In this document: positions 37,402 to 52,175 of the stretch, one piece after another
Numbering within the stretch: the first letter of the stretch is position 1
Layout: every line of letters starts with the position of its first letter
Assembly (NCBI RefSeq): GCF_006345805.1
Contig: NC_043005.1
Location: 103,602,001 to 103,666,000 of the forward strand
Length of the DNA: 64,000 bases
Origin: Octopus sinensis
Taxonomy: Eukaryota
Direction: 5' to 3'
Program-made: the position numbers and the translations under genes
Notes under the pieces: generated by a model
The model's input: the letters and a program-made list of their open reading frames with translations, nothing else
Told to the model about the DNA's origin: nothing
The model's database searches: none

Positions 37402-37654
37402 ACACACCATCTTCCTCTCCAATCCTACATTCGTTTCTTAGTCCCCTCCTCTTTGCAGAACCACATGCGCGTCAGCTGTCATGCAAGCTCTGTGACACAT
37501 CATGGCACGCCGTGACACAGCACGGCATCCTTACAGTGCTGCAGAAAGTTAGAGCCACATTAATCTTCAAGTATTTTTACAGGGAATAGTTTGGTGGTCA
37601 TCAAACGGAAGGCCAGAGTGGTGGGGGAAGGGGGAAGAAGGTGTGGTCAGTGGG

Positions 37655-38255
37655 AATGGGATAGGGAATTAGAGAGAGGGAGGGGGAGAGAGAAGGGAAT
37701 GAGAAGTAGAGAGAGAGGGAGAAAGGAAGGGAATGAGAAGTAGGGGAAGGGAGGAGAGAAGGGGAGGGAATGAGAAGTAAAGAGAGAAGGAGAAGAGAAG
37801 GGAATGAGAAGTAGGGGAAGGGGGGAGAGAAGGGGAGGGAATGAGAAGTAAAGAGAGAGGGGAGAAGAACTAAGAAAGAATGAGAAAGAGAGAGAGAAGG
37901 GAATGAGATGTAGAGAAAGAGAGAGGGGAGAAGAACTAAGAAAAAATGAGAGAGAAAAAGAGAGAATTTGAGAAAACTCAGGAGACAGGGAACTGACAAG
38001 AGAGAAGAGAGGGAGAGGAAGAAGAGAGGGAGGGGAAGAAGAGAGGGAGAGGAAGAAGAGAGGGAGAGGAAGAAGAGAGGGAGAAGAAGAAGAGAGAGAA
38101 CTGAGAAAGAAGCAGAGGAGAAAGAAGTGGAGGAGACAAAGAGAGATACGAGTAGGAAAGAGACAAGGAAGGAGAGAAGGATGGAAAGAAAAAAAAGAAA
38201 GGCAAAAATGAAGAAATAGTATGAGAGATAGAGAGAGACAGACAGAGAGGAAGAT
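37655..38255. repeat. Purine-rich (GA/GGA/GAA) low-complexity tract
   Basis: Direct inspection. Confidence 0.9.
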
Positions 38256-38504
38256 GGTTTTGTTTTAGTTTTTCTTTTCTTTTCTTTTCTTTCCTACAGC
38301 TCCATTGTGCTGTCCTTTGGCAAATTATTCATAAAACAGATGATGGACATTTTTGAAATATTCCTCGTGTCTGTCTGTCTGTCCTTCTCAGTTATCCTCC
38401 ATCAATCATATATGGAGGTGAGGAGGGGAACGGAAAAAAATTTCCAAATAACCTCTAGTGATGTTAATCCATTCCTTTCTCCCTCTCTCTACCCACCCAC
38501 CCAT

Positions 38505-38562
<58 letters not shown>

Positions 38563-39384
38563 ATACACACACACACACACATACACACACATATATATAA
38601 TCTTATATTTATCAACCTTATATACACACATACGCATACATATATGCACACACTTCAAACAATCTCTGAAAACAAATTATTACACAAAAAGGTATTTCAG
38701 TTGCATTTCCACCACCACAACCACCACCACCACCATGATCATTACTGCCATAATCATCAGCTAGCCAGCAAGGGAGTCTTCCTTAGCTAGAAACAACTGC
38801 CAAATCTCACTCAAATCTCACCTCACTTTTAACATATGTGTATGTTTGTGTATATGACTTATTCAGTAGTAAACTAAAGAGCGTTAGAACTGTGTTTGTT
38901 GAAATATCCCAGTCTAATGCATGAGACAAACTCACTCGAAATGTTTTGAATTCAGAGAGAACTCAATACAAAAGGGCTCAGATAATCTACTATAATAATA
39001 CTCTTTTGTTTTTCTCCGTCACAACATATGAATAAGGAAGGAAGGGGTGACGGCAAACTGGTAGCGGGAACGTTTCAGCTCTGTGTGAGTATATGTGAGT
39101 GTATGTAAAAGGGAGGTATGTGAATGTTTGTGCATGTGTGTGTGCGTGCAATGGAAGTGGGATGGTGAGCATTCAACGGCGAAAAGAAAAATGAAACAGC
39201 GTTTCAACTCTGTGTGAGTATAGGTGTGTACATGTACAAGGGAAGTATATGAAAGTATGTGTGAACCAGCATTCTTCCGTTAACAAATGATGATTCGTGT
39301 CACGTCTCAAAAGACAGCCACTAGATAACATTGACAAGTGTATTAATTTGATTTATCATCCATACTTATATATGAAAATAAATG

Positions 39385-39630
39385 TTCCTTCTCGAGCCAT
39401 GCCAGGTTCATAAGGGCCAGTTTCTCAGTTTCAGTGGCATAGAAATTCCCCACCTGGATGGGATGCCAGTCTGTCACAGGATTACTCATTTTTGTCACCT
39501 GAGTGGACTGGAGCAACATGAAATGAAGTGTTTTGCTCAAGAATACAACGCATTGCCCAGTCCAGGAATCGAAACCACAACCTTATGATCATGATGCTGA
39601 CACCCTAACCACTAAGCCATGCGCCTCCAC
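39385..39630 (-). mobile_element. SINE family C variant (tRNA head, CORE-like body, tail Y)
   Basis: Head gtggaggcgcatggcttagtggttagggtg...gtttcgattcc; tail shared with 6945. Confidence 0.8.
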
Positions 39631-39689
39631 ATACTTATGTATAAAATACTACAATTAGCCATCATTTTTCACGGCACGGGACCAGCTAC

Positions 39690-40210
39690 TTCACATATAA
39701 AACCGGTCCCACTGCTCAGAATTGAGCAGTCACAGCTCCGGTACTATGGACATGTGATTGGAATGTTGCAGGAAAGAATCACAAGATGGATCCTTCAAGC
39801 CAAACCAATTAGCAGGAGACCTAAGGGTAGATCATCAGAAAAATGGTTGGATAATATCCATAGTCATTGAAGACGGCAAGCTGGCAGAATCATTAGAACG
39901 CCAGGCGAAATGCTTAGCGGTATTTCGTCTGCCGCTACATTCTGAGTTCAAATTCCACCGAGGTCGACTTTGCCTTTCATCCTTTCGGGGTCTATTAAAT
40001 AAGTACCAGTTATGCACTGGTATCCATGTAATTGACTTAACCCCTTTATCTGTCCTTGTTTGTCCCCTCAATGTTTAGCCCCTTGTGGGCAATAAAGAAA
40101 TAAATATCCATAGTTATAGTTGGTCACGCTTAAGAATCCAGCTGGAAAGTGTAAAGACAGGATTTCATGGAGGAAATACCTGAAGACTGTACCCTGACAA
40201 ACCTCCAGTG
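39690..40210 (+). mobile_element. RTE-like LINE remnant interrupted by SINE-B (39870-40102)
   Basis: RIEQSQLRYYGHVIGM...RRPKGRSSEKWLDNI; TSD aatatccatagt at 39853-39864 and 40103-40114. Confidence 0.8.
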
Positions 40211-41535
40211 AATAGCAAGCAGAGAAGATGGATGGAGGCATGGATGGATGAATGGGTGGGTGTGTGCATGCACGCACACCTAGGCAGCAGTGAAATGACT
40301 CGAGTCTAGCAGTAAAGATGTAAAGTTACTAAAGATGTCAAGTGGCAATATAAGAGGTCGGTGGAGTATAAGTATACAACTTGGTGGAATAGCTGGACAT
40401 CAAAAACGTCAGGACGATATGAACAAGAATGATTTGATCTCAGTGTTAACACAGATAATGTAAGGGCAGAAGGATGAAACGATGGGATCGTAAATGGCTA
40501 TTTTTTTGTTTTTGTATTATTATTGAGCTGCATGTCAGAAGTGAATGGACAGGCATACAATTAAAAAATACTCCAGCCATCTTCAACCATCTTTATGAAT
40601 ATCTAGGACTATATTATCAGTTTGTAAGTTCCTTTAAGGGCAAATAAGGTGTAATATGAAGGAACTCCAGCTGCTATTTTCAGCATGAATGCTCCTTTGT
40701 TTGACCCAGAAACAAGTGTTAAGGGCTGAACGATAGAGAATAGATACGAACGGCTGACTAAGGCATTTGACAATGAAGTAGAGGTAGGTCTAAGAAAGTT
40801 AGGTCCTAGCAGAAATGATGCAGGATGAAGAGATGTATGTAAACTGTGTTATTACAGACCTAGCCAACCCACAATAGACATTATGATGATGACAATGAGG
40901 GTAATATTGATGGTGATGATGAGAAGGATAATGATGTGAATGAGGAAGATGATGATGATATCAGGTGATGATTTAGGGTGTTGAGAGTAGAGCAAGATTA
41001 AATTCAACACCTCGTCAATGACATTTTGAAAGAGCAACTTTCCTAGACTGGGTGACAATGGGGCAAAGGTTGGGATACAAAGATTTGTTTGTGTTGCTTT
41101 CTTTAAACAAAACAAAAAAGCAAAAAAAAAAAAACAGACAAAAATAGAAAATTATTGGAAATTGTAATGAAATAAAGGAATTGAACAAAAACCGAACAAA
41201 GAAAAAGAAAAATTTATTCTACCCCACCACTATACACACACACACACACACACTAATTCTAATTTCTTAATCTTCATTTACAATTAAGACATACAATTTT
41301 AACAAAGACAAAAACCAAATAAAAAAGTCAATACAAAAACAACCGCCACAAAATAACCAAAATCAAATGTGAATTGTTTTGCTGTTTATTTTGTTTGTTT
41401 TTGTATTTGTATATCTGACATGTGAGTAAAACAAATTAGTTACTGTGGTAGTGATTACTGGATTAATAATATTAAACAACCAAGATTAACTACACTTGCA
41501 AAGAAAGCAAAATAGAAATAAGCACTTCCAATATG

Positions 41536-42115
41536 TTAGGAAGGGCATCCAGCTGTAGAAACACTGCCAGATTAGACTGGGCCTGGCACAGCCTTCTGGC
41601 TTCCCAGACCCCAGTTGAACCGTCCAACCCATGCTAGCATGGAGAACGGACATTAAACGATGATGATGATGATGATTATGATGAATACCACTGCCATTGC
41701 TGTCACCACTACCAACACTACAACCACCACTATCTCAGTTCCTTTCCTCCAAAATGGTACATCTTGGACTGGGTCGTCATCACAATTTGCATTATCTCGT
41801 ACAGGAGATTGAAGCCCCAACCAACTTTGGTACAGTGTATGTCTCACAGTATGCAGTGAAGAACATCTTTTATTCCTATTGTGCAACAACTAGGGCTGGA
41901 TTAAAACTCGAAAAACCCCTAAGTACTGAGAGGATTTTGGTGCATCCATCATCATCTTCATCATCATTTAGCATCGGCTTTCCATGCCAGCATGGGTTGG
42001 ATGATTTAGCTGAAACTGGTAAGCTGTAAAGCTGCACCACATTCCAATTTGATTTGGCATTGGTTCTATGGCGTGATGCCCTTTCTAATGCCAACCACTC
42101 CAAGAAGGTAATGGG
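41536..42115. mobile_element. Two RTE 3' UTR tails in opposite orientation (41536-41680 plus; 41945-42115 minus)
   Basis: Shared aggaagggcatcc/ccaacccatgct motifs and (GAT)n tails. Confidence 0.75.
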
Positions 42116-42117
42116 TG

Positions 42118-42440
42118 CTCAAAATCTCTCGTGAAAGCGTCATCCAACCAAAGTACAAATATATGGGAAACTACCAACTGTGTCATCTCTTGTGAAAGGT
42201 AGAAGAGTCCAGTTTGCTGGACATTGTTGTAGAGCTGAAAACGAGGTAATTTCTACTCTTCTCATCTGGAAGCCATCTACTCGCGATACCAGAGGGCGCA
42301 CACTCTCCTACCCTGATGTAATCTCCAGGGATACAGGCATCCAGCAACAGGACCTCAGTAATGCTATCATGGACCTTGAGGTCTGGCATAGCATGGTAAA
42401 TTCCATTGTCTCGACCACGGTCGAACAATGATGATGATGC
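42118..42440 (+). mobile_element. RTE-clade LINE 3' end (same family as 8945-9460)
   Basis: SSLVKGRRVQFAGHCCRAENEVISTLLIWKP...TTVEQ* then gatgatgatg. Confidence 0.85.
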
Positions 42441-42799
42441 TTTTTACATGCCAGCAGCATGGATGCCAGTTATGTGACACCAGCATCCACTACAACTACA
42501 ATTTCACTGGACTCGACGAATCTTCTCAAACACAGCATCTCATCAAACATCTCCATCACTTATCACCTCCGTGAAGCCTAACATTTGAAAGGTGCTTTTT
42601 GCATGCCACCAGCACAGGTGCCTGCTACGTCACACCAGCATCAGCCATGATTATATATGTATTTCAAAATATAAACAACAATAAACCAGAAGATAAATTT
42701 TAATTTTTCAAACACGAAACAAAACTATCAGTAAGATGGAAAATAATGTTTATTTCTGTATACTTCCATTTTATATTTGAAAAGTTTTCTCCAGCTTTC

Positions 42800-43183
42800 A
42801 ATTGCATAGGTTTTGGTGTGTTTATGTCCCTGTAACTTAGTAGTTTGCAGAAGACACTAATAGAATAGGTACCAGGCTTACAAAGAACAAGTCCAGGGGT
42901 CAATTTTTTTGACTAAAAGAATATACATATATATATATATATTTATGTGTGTATCTTTGTGTCCGTGTTTATTCCCCACCACCATTGTTTGACAACCAAT
43001 GTTGGTGTGTTTATGTCCTTGTAACTCAGCAGTTTGGCAAAACAGACTGACAGAATAAGTACTAGGCTCAAGAATAAGTACTAGGCTCAAGAAAGGAGTC
43101 CAGCAGTCGATTTCTTCAACTATAACCCTTCAAGGTGGTGCTCCAGCATAGCCACAGTCAAATGACTGAAACAAGTAAAGAAA
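42800..43183 (+). mobile_element. Two SINE-A 3' fragments
   Basis: Diverged matches to the family A 3' half. Confidence 0.7.
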
Positions 43184-43185
43184 AT

Positions 43186-43220
<35 letters not shown>

Positions 43221-43600
43221 ATGTATATATGTATATATATATATATACACACACATATAAATACGCATAGTACACAAGTAATTAAGTATGACTAATGAAG
43301 GCACAACCACACACAAATGAGGAAGTTTCCCTTTTAACAGCTGCCAATTCTTGTAAATTTTGAGTCATCCGCATTGAACTGTGAAAAAAAAAACCCCGCA
43401 AAAAAATTCCATACTGCCCGTTCTCAAAAAGGAACAGCTGATAAGGGGACATTTCCTCAAATCTCTCCACTGTAACATACTCACATTGTCTGCGTCTAAT
43501 TTTTCCAATTTCCATATTGATATACATGGCCTTATTTCTTACCACACACACAGAAATAATGTATGAATAGCAATTTCCATGTTTAAGAACAGCAAGAAGT

Positions 43601-43755
43601 AGTGGCTGTGTGGTAAGTAACTTGCTCACCAACCACATGGTACTGGGTTCAGTCCCACAGCGTGGCATCTTGGGTAAGTGTCTTCTACTATAGCTTCGGG
43701 CTGACCAAAGCCTTGTGAGTGGATTTGGTAAATAGAAACTGAAAGAAGCCCTTCG

Positions 43756-43786
<31 letters not shown>

Positions 43787-43994
43787 TTGTATTCTGTGTT
43801 TGTCCCCCCAACATCGCTTGACAACCGATGCTGGCATGTTTACGTCCCCATAACTTAGTGGTTCGGCAAAAGATATTGATACAATAAGTACTAGGCTTAC
43901 AAAGGATAAGTCCTGGGGTCGATTTGCTCGACTAAAGGTGGTGCTCCAGCATGGCCACAGTCAAATGACTGAAACAAGTAAAAGAGTAAAAGAG
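43601..43994 (+). mobile_element. SINE family A
   Basis: Matches the other copies in the window. Confidence 0.9.
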
Positions 43995-44052
43995 ACATTA
44001 TTTTAGAATCTATCTTTCTGTCTACCTATTAACCTATCTATCTATCTATCTA

Positions 44053-44090
<38 letters not shown>

Positions 44091-44279
44091 TTCATATACT
44101 ATTGATTTATGCCCATCTGTCCTTCATCTCTCAATCCGTTTCTCTACCTAACAGTCTAACTTTCCATCTCAGTCCATTTATCTGTCTGTCTGTCCGTCTA
44201 TCTATCTATCAATCTATCTGCCAATCTATCTATCTCTCTCTCTCTTTCTGTTTATATATGTGTGTGTGCATATACATAC

Positions 44280-44830
44280 ATCTATATATACAGATATAGA
44301 TATATGTATATATGTATAGATCATATATATGCATATCTATATATACATAACCTATATAGACATATACATACATTTATATATACATGATCATACATCAATG
44401 TGTATACACATATTCACATATCTACACACACACACATATATACACATATCCACATGCTCACATCTATATATACATATACATAGATATATGTATATATGTG
44501 TAGATCATATATACACATATCTATATATACATACATCTATATAGACATATACATACATTTATATATACATACATCTATATATACATATACATACATCTAT
44601 ATAGACATATACATACATTTATATACACATACATCTATATATACATATACATACATCTATATATACATACATTTATACATACATCTATATATACATATAC
44701 ATACATTTATACATACATACATCTATATATACATATACATACATTTATATATACATGTACATACATCAATGTGTATACATATATACACATATTCACATGT
44801 ATATACATATCCACATGTACACACACACAC
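44280..44830. repeat. Compound (TA/CA) microsatellite with tandem higher-order units
   Basis: Repeated acatctatatatacatatacat units. Confidence 0.9.
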
Positions 44831-45558
44831 AACTGTCTATCTATTTGTTCACTTATTGCAAGAAGCAGCAATAAAAAATTAAAAAGAAAAATGAAAAAAA
44901 TAAACCAGTCGCTTTATTAAATATTCCCTCTCTCTTCCGTGAGATGACTCTACAAGAAGACCATATTGATGCGGTTATTGTTGACTAGCTAACTACTTAG
45001 TTACAACATTTCTAACTGACTGACTCACTGACGTAGCTTACTGCATCGGTGTATGTACACCTACTCTATCTATTCACACATTTAATAAAAAATATACGGT
45101 GTGCATACGTGTAAGCTGTAGCTCTGTGGCAGTTTGCATCCGTGTATGCGTGCGCGTGTGTGTGTGTTCATGACTTTAGAACATAGAAGCCGTGCGTATG
45201 CATGTGTGCATCAGAACGTGAAGACAAAACAGCATCAGTAAACATGTTGCACCACCAGCTGGTGCCATGCAAACTGCACATCTATTGCACGTATTTCAGG
45301 AAGTTTCTGCATAAAAGAACACCGAATTCCTGTAGATATTTGTTATTACTTTATAGCCCCAGGTCAGCTCTGGTCCAGCAGACCAATGGTCAAAGTATCA
45401 ACCATACTCATTCTGTCATATTGTATCTCGGACTACATTATTTAACATACAATATACTGCAATTAGTATTAGGGGCTAGATATGGCTAGCAATGTTTAGG
45501 TCCACATCAGCTATGGCCAGTTTCGATTAGGGCATCTAAAACTACAAACTTTAATATA

Positions 45559-45964
45559 TATTTCTTTATTGTCCACAAGGTGCTAAACACAGAGGGGACA
45601 AACAAGGACAGACAAACGGATGAAGTCGATTATATCAACCCAGTGCAAAACTGGTACTTTATTTATCAACCCCGAAAGGATGAAAGGCAAAGTCGACCTC
45701 GACGGAATTTGAACTCAGAATGTAACAGCAGACGAAATACCTATTTCTTTACTACCCACAAGGGGCTAAGCACAGAGGGGACAAACAAGGACAGACAAAG
45801 GGATTAAGTCAATTACATCGACCCCAGTGCGAAACTGGTACTTTATTTATCGACCCAGAAAGGATGAAAGGCAAAGTCAACCTCGACGGAATTTGAACTC
45901 AGAACGTAACAGCAGACGAAATACGGTTACGCAATTCGCCGGGCGTGCTAACGTTTCTGCCAGC
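45559..45964 (-). mobile_element. SINE-B tandem dimer
   Basis: Junction gaaatacc|tatttc at 45734-45747. Confidence 0.85.
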
Positions 45965-46393
45965 ACCTCATTGTTTAGCTCTCATTTCAACTCACATCTA
46001 GCAAACCTATCATCAAAAATCTTCCGCCCATGACTCCCCTGTCTCTTATTCAGACATAATTTGTTGAGGACTATATGATCAAATGACTTTCATTTTTATT
46101 TAAATAGTGCATCGTCCGAGAGACTTGCCAGCTATTTCTAGCAGGGGCAAGAAACTGAAATACAAACTATTCAAAGCATTAGATAAACAAGGTTATAGGT
46201 TATCAAAAAGCTAATAGATCAGAGGTTCAAACCCTGGGAATGTTGCTGTAGGGAGTGTGTGCGTGTGTCAACAAGACACTTGCTATTATTCCCAGACCTT
46301 AACAACAACTTGCACATAAAAATACTGTATCCTCTCGCTGTCTCTACTACCACTACTGCAACTTATCCTGCTCTTCTAAACTAGCAAACTACA

Positions 46394-46766
46394 TGTGGTA
46401 AGAAGCTTGCTTCCCAACTACATGGTTTCGGGTTCAGTCCCGCTGCATGGCACCTTGGGTAAGTGTCTTCTACTATAGCCTTGGGTCAACCAAAGCCTTG
46501 TAAGTGGATATGGTAGATGGAAACTGAAAGAAGTCCATTGTATGTATATATGTGTGTATGTGTGAGTGTGTTTGTCCCCCAACATCACTTGACAACTGAT
46601 GTTGGTGTGTTTACGTCCCTGTAACTTAGCAGTTCAGCAAAAGAGACTCATAGAATAAGTACTAGGCTTACAAAGAACAGGTCCTAGGGATGATTTATTC
46701 GACTAAAGGCAGTGCTGCAGCATGGCCGCAGTCAAATGACTGAAACAAGTAAAAGGATAAAAGAAT
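46394..46766 (+). mobile_element. SINE family A
   Basis: Matches the other copies in the window. Confidence 0.85.
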
Positions 46767-47066
46767 ACACACACACCATCACCACCACCAACAATGTGAG
46801 CGTATGGCAATTAGCAAACCAGGTATGTTCATACAAGATACCAAAGATCATAGGAATGGATGAGAACATGTTGGAGACAAATTGGCTGAGTTTGTGAGAG
46901 CATTGGACAGAATGCATTGAAGTGTTTCTTCTGGTTCTCTGAATTCAAGCCTTCTCAAGATCAATTTTGCCTTTCATCCTCTCAAGATTGCTTCTTTTCT
47001 CTCCCTACCTCTCTTTTCCTCACTTTCTCCTCACCTCCACCTCTCTCCCCACAAGCCACTTCTCTC

Positions 47067-47108
<42 letters not shown>

Positions 47109-47848
47109 GAAATGTATATATTGTGTTGTGAGACATTTCCTGAGGAACATTTCAGGACCCTTCCTCCAGAGATGGAGAAGGGCAGAATGAGTGGAGTGGA
47201 AGCAGTAAAGGGGGCTAGCAGCCACTTCCCAGAGAAACTGAATATCCCAACTAGAACCAGCCAAAGAAGTACCAATGTATGAAAGAATAAGAAACTGAAT
47301 TAAAGAACATAGGGACATAATGTCAAACAGCTTACACATCAATGATGTTGGCCAGTTTACCATGTTGTTGCTATATGATGCAGATGATGTAGACAACTGC
47401 AACAAACGATAAAATACAGTGAAACCCACACTACCCATACACGAAGCACAGACGAATGGATATAAAATGATGATGATGATAATGGTGATGATGATGGATT
47501 GGTGACATATACATGAATAAATACACACACACACACGCACACAAATTTTTAGTAGACGATATAAACTTTGGTTGTCAGTAATTTACATCCAAATAAACGA
47601 GATCATATTTCTACTGATTTATAAGACACGATTGTATGGGATATGTTGTTCTATTTATGTACTTTTAGGATCAATAAACACATGTATATATCAAAATAGT
47701 TCAAATAAATGATGTAAGGCCTTCTATTTGAGTATATGATGAGGACATAAGCTCATAAGACAAGTGTATGCATGTATAGACACATGTAATCGAGGGAGAT
47801 TAGAAATTGTAAATAAATTTCAGCAATACAAAATATCATGATTATAGT

Positions 47849-48247
47849 AGGCGCAGGAGTGGCTGTGTGGTAAGTAGCTTGCTTACCAACCACATGGTTT
47901 CGGGTTCAGTCCCACTGCGTGGCACCTTAGTCGAGTGTATTCTACTATAGCCTCAGGCCGACCAAAGCCTAGTGAGTAGATTCGGTAGATGGAAACTGCA
48001 AAAAGCCCATTGTATGTGTGTATATGTATATATATATGTGTTTGTGTGTCTGTGTTTGTCCCCACCCAACATCGCTTGATAGCTGATGCTGGTGTGTCCC
48101 TGTAACTTAGCGGTTGAGCAAAAGAGACCGATAGAATAAGTACTAGGCTTACAAAGAATAAGTCCTGGGGGTCGATTTCCTCAACTAAAGGCGGTGCTCC
48201 AGCATGGCGACAGTCAAATGACTGAAACAGGTAAAAAGGTTAAAAAG
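47849..48247 (+). mobile_element. SINE family A, full length
   Basis: Matches the other copies in the window. Confidence 0.9.
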
Positions 48248-48849
48248 TATATATAGCACAATTTTAAAGGAATGATTAAGTCGACAACATCAACCCCATT
48301 GTGCAGCTGGTACATTATTTTATCAACGCCAAAAGGACGAAAGGCAAGGTCATCCTCAGCAGAATTCGAACTCCTGATGTTAAGAGATGGAAGAAATGCT
48401 GCTAAGCATTTCGTCTGGTGCAGTAACAATTGGACCACCTCACCACCTTATCATCGTATAACACCTGTTCAGCCCATGCAGGCACGGGCTGAACAGGTTT
48501 CATGATCTCAATCATTTCTGACTGCTATGAGCTGTTACTGCCAAAAACTTGGTGCTCAGGCATATCATTTAGCTTGAATTCTATAGCTTGATGCCCTACC
48601 TATTACCGACTACTTTGAACACGGTATACTAGATGCATTTTCTTATAGCACCAAAAGAAGAGAGACTAAAATGTCTTCAGAGAGAGAGAGAGAAGACTAA
48701 ATGGTATTTCATTACCCAATGCTCTCTCTTCTTATTTGCCATACCTTCATGGTGTATATTTGGTGTATTTTGCCATGGCACCAGCACTAGAGAAGTTGTT
48801 TCACTCACTAATCAGTCTAGAAGGATTGTAGAAACAGAACAGGATTTCT

Positions 48850-49260
48850 TATTTCTTTATTGCCCACAAGGGGCTAAACATAGAGGGAACAAACAAGGAC
48901 AGACAAATGGATTAAGTCGATTACATCGACCCCAGTGCGTAACTGGTACTTATCAACACCAAAAGGATGAAAGGCAAAGTCAACCTCAGTGGAATTTGAG
49001 CACAGAATGTAACAGCAGATGAAATACCTATTTCTTTACTACCCACAAGCGGCTAAACACAGAGGAGACAAACAAGGACAGACAAAGGGATTATTAAGTC
49101 GATTACATCGACCCCAGTGCATAACTGGTACTTTACTTATCAACACCGAAAGGATGAAAGGCAAAGTCAACCTCGGCGGAATTTGAACACAGAACGTAGT
49201 AGCAGACTTAATACCGCTAAGCATTTCGCCCAGCATGCTAACGTTTCTGCCAACTCGCCG
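48850..49260 (-). mobile_element. SINE-B tandem dimer
   Basis: Junction gaaatacc|tatttc at 49021-49034. Confidence 0.85.
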
Positions 49261-50380
49261 GATTTCTACTGTAGCACCAGTAGAGAAGCAGGTGTACTGT
49301 ACATGTTGAATGCAGAGGTAACAATGAAGCCTAAGATGGGTAGACATGTTTATAAACAGTCTGAACAAGTGAGCGTTGAGGCTAATGAGATCGAACTAAG
49401 TTGGAATCACAACGCTTCAGTCTGAGGATTCTTATATGTTCAGTCTCTGGGTTATAGCATCAAAATTCTTTAAGAGTCAGGCAAGATAAATTAATGGATT
49501 TTATTCCTGTGTTCTATGGTGTGCTCTGTTGATTTCCTTTCTCTCTCTCAACACACACACACACACACACACACACCTGGTGTTCATCAACACACCCACA
49601 GCACTCTTGCTATCACCACACAGTGGAAAATAATAAAAGAAATTAAGGAAGTAAAGAGAGTGGTATGAAAAGGGAGAGGTAATGCAGGAGGGGAGAGAGA
49701 GGAAATATAAAAGCGAAAGCTTTGATTCATGTGTGTATGTGTGTGTGTGTGTGGGTGTGAGAGAGTGTTGGAGAGAGAAACAGGGAGAGAGAGATGGAAC
49801 AACAGAGGGAAATAGATAGATGGATCAACAGGCAGACAGCTGGATGGATAGATGGATAGGTAGACAGGTAGATAGGTATATTGGTAGGTATATAAATAAG
49901 TAGGTGGGAAGATAGATGGATAAGCGGTCAGGTGAGTGAATGGATGGACAGTTAGATAGGTGAGGAAATGCAGGAAGAGATAAAGAGAGACAAGACAAAG
50001 CTAAAGACAAGCACCTGTGTGTGTTTGTGAGAGAAGGAGAGGAAGGAACAGTGAGTGAAGAGAGAGAGAGAGAGAGAAAGGGTGTATGTGTGTGTGTGTG
50101 TGTGTGTGTCCCCACATGTCTGAGTTTGGATGTGGTAGAGATTAGAGAGTGGAGGGAAAAGAGAAGGTACAGACATAAAGAGAAGTAAGAAATATAAACA
50201 ATAACTTAGAGAGAGAGGAGAGAGAGAGAGAGAGAGAGAGAAGAGGAGGAGAGAAAATGAGGATATGACAAGGGGATGGGGACAGAGGATTTGGGGGGGA
50301 GAGAAGGAGAGTGAGAAAGATGACAAGAGAAGAACAGAGACAGACAGACAGACAGAGGAAGATAAATATATATATTATTT

Positions 50381-50558
50381 TTTATTCTTTTATTTGTTTC
50401 AATCATTTGACTGCAGCCATGCTGGAGCACCGCCTTCAGTCCAACAAATCGCCCCAAGGACTTACTCTTTGTAAGCCTAGTACTTATTCTATCAGTCTCT
50501 TTTGCCAAACCGCTAAGTTAGGGGGACATAAACATACCAACAATGGTGGGGAGGGACA

Positions 50559-50590
<32 letters not shown>

Positions 50591-50744
50591 CGGCAGGATT
50601 CTTTCAGTTTCCATCCATCAAATCCACTCACAAGACTTTGGTCAGCCCGAGGCTATAGTAGAAGACACTTGTCACACAGTGGGATTGAACCGGAACCATG
50701 TGGTTGGTAAGCAAGCTACTTACCACACAGCCACTCCTACGCCT
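50381..50744 (-). mobile_element. SINE family A with small deletions
   Basis: Matches the other copies in the window. Confidence 0.85.
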
Positions 50745-51354
50745 GTGTGTGTGTGTATTCACAGATAAAGGGATATAAAGAAACAAGGAGAGATACTGAG
50801 ATGTACAGAGAAGAGAAAGAGAGAAATAAGCAGAGAGATGAAAATAGAGAGAGAGGTAGACATAAAGACAGAAAAAGATGGAGAGAGAGAGAGAGAGAGA
50901 GGGGGAAGAGAGAGAGAGGGGGAAGAGAGAGAGAGAGAGAGGGAGAAAGAGAGAGAGAGAGTATAAATGAGACATATACAGCGAGAGAGTGGCAGAGAGT
51001 AAGTGGGGCAGGAGGAAATACAATGAGAGAGATGTGAGTGACAGAGGGAGGTAGATTCAACAAGAGAAACCCCTCTTACTGTGTGTGTGATAATAGTGTA
51101 CTGCTACAGGGCCTTAATAGTGATGGAGGTGGTGGTGGTGGTGGTGGATGTGGTGGTGGTGGTGGTGGGAGGTGATGGTGGTGGAATGTGCAGCAAAGTA
51201 ATTTCCTCTGCACCAAAATACCTTGCAGTTGTATTTGCATGTGGCAACACACATTCAACCACATATCTATACATCTATACATACAACCATGATAGTTAAT
51301 GGTTTACACAAGTATACACACATCTATACACATGCACACACACACACATGTGCA

Positions 51355-51399
<45 letters not shown>

Positions 51400-51469
51400 T
51401 ATACATATATACACACACATATATTCTTACACAACAGCAGTTAATAAAGCTCAATATAACAATGATTAT

Positions 51470-51507
51470 TTTGATAATAACGATGGTAATGATAATGAAC
51501 AAACGAT

Positions 51508-51538
<31 letters not shown>

Positions 51539-51636
51539 AATAATGGTGAAGATGACAGTGATAACTGTGAAGATGATGATGACGATCATGATGATGACGA
51601 CGACAACGATGCCAATGATGATTATGAAAATAAAGG

Positions 51637-51667
<31 letters not shown>

Positions 51668-51967
51668 AATGATGGTGATGATGAACTGCTCCAGCTCTAG
51701 ATACACATCCCATTCTTTCAGTATTTTAATTAAAACTGCTGATGGAATTCATAGCTTTTACGCCCGTCTGTCCGTCAGTCTGTTACACGTCTTGATGCAT
51801 ATGTACCAAAGGTGTGTGTGTGTGTGTGTATGTGATTGAGAGTGAGATTGTGCATACAGGTGGCTGTGAGAAAGTGTGTATGTACATATGTTCAAATATA
51901 TATACATATATCTATATATATACATACATATATATATGTATCATCATATATATATATATGTATATAT

Positions 51968-52051
<84 letters not shown>

Positions 52052-52175
52052 TATATATATATGTATATATATGTATATATGTATATATATATGCATATAT
52101 ATATATGTATGCATATATATATATATATGTATGTATATATATATATACACACACACACACATATATACATATATA
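51470..52175. repeat. (GAT)n and (TA)n microsatellite tracts
   Basis: Direct inspection. Confidence 0.95.

Noticed and set aside
41653-41889. Protein-looking ORF LYQSWLGLQSP...DVPFWRKG
   Set aside because: No good acceptor/donor pair; it runs into low-complexity sequence.
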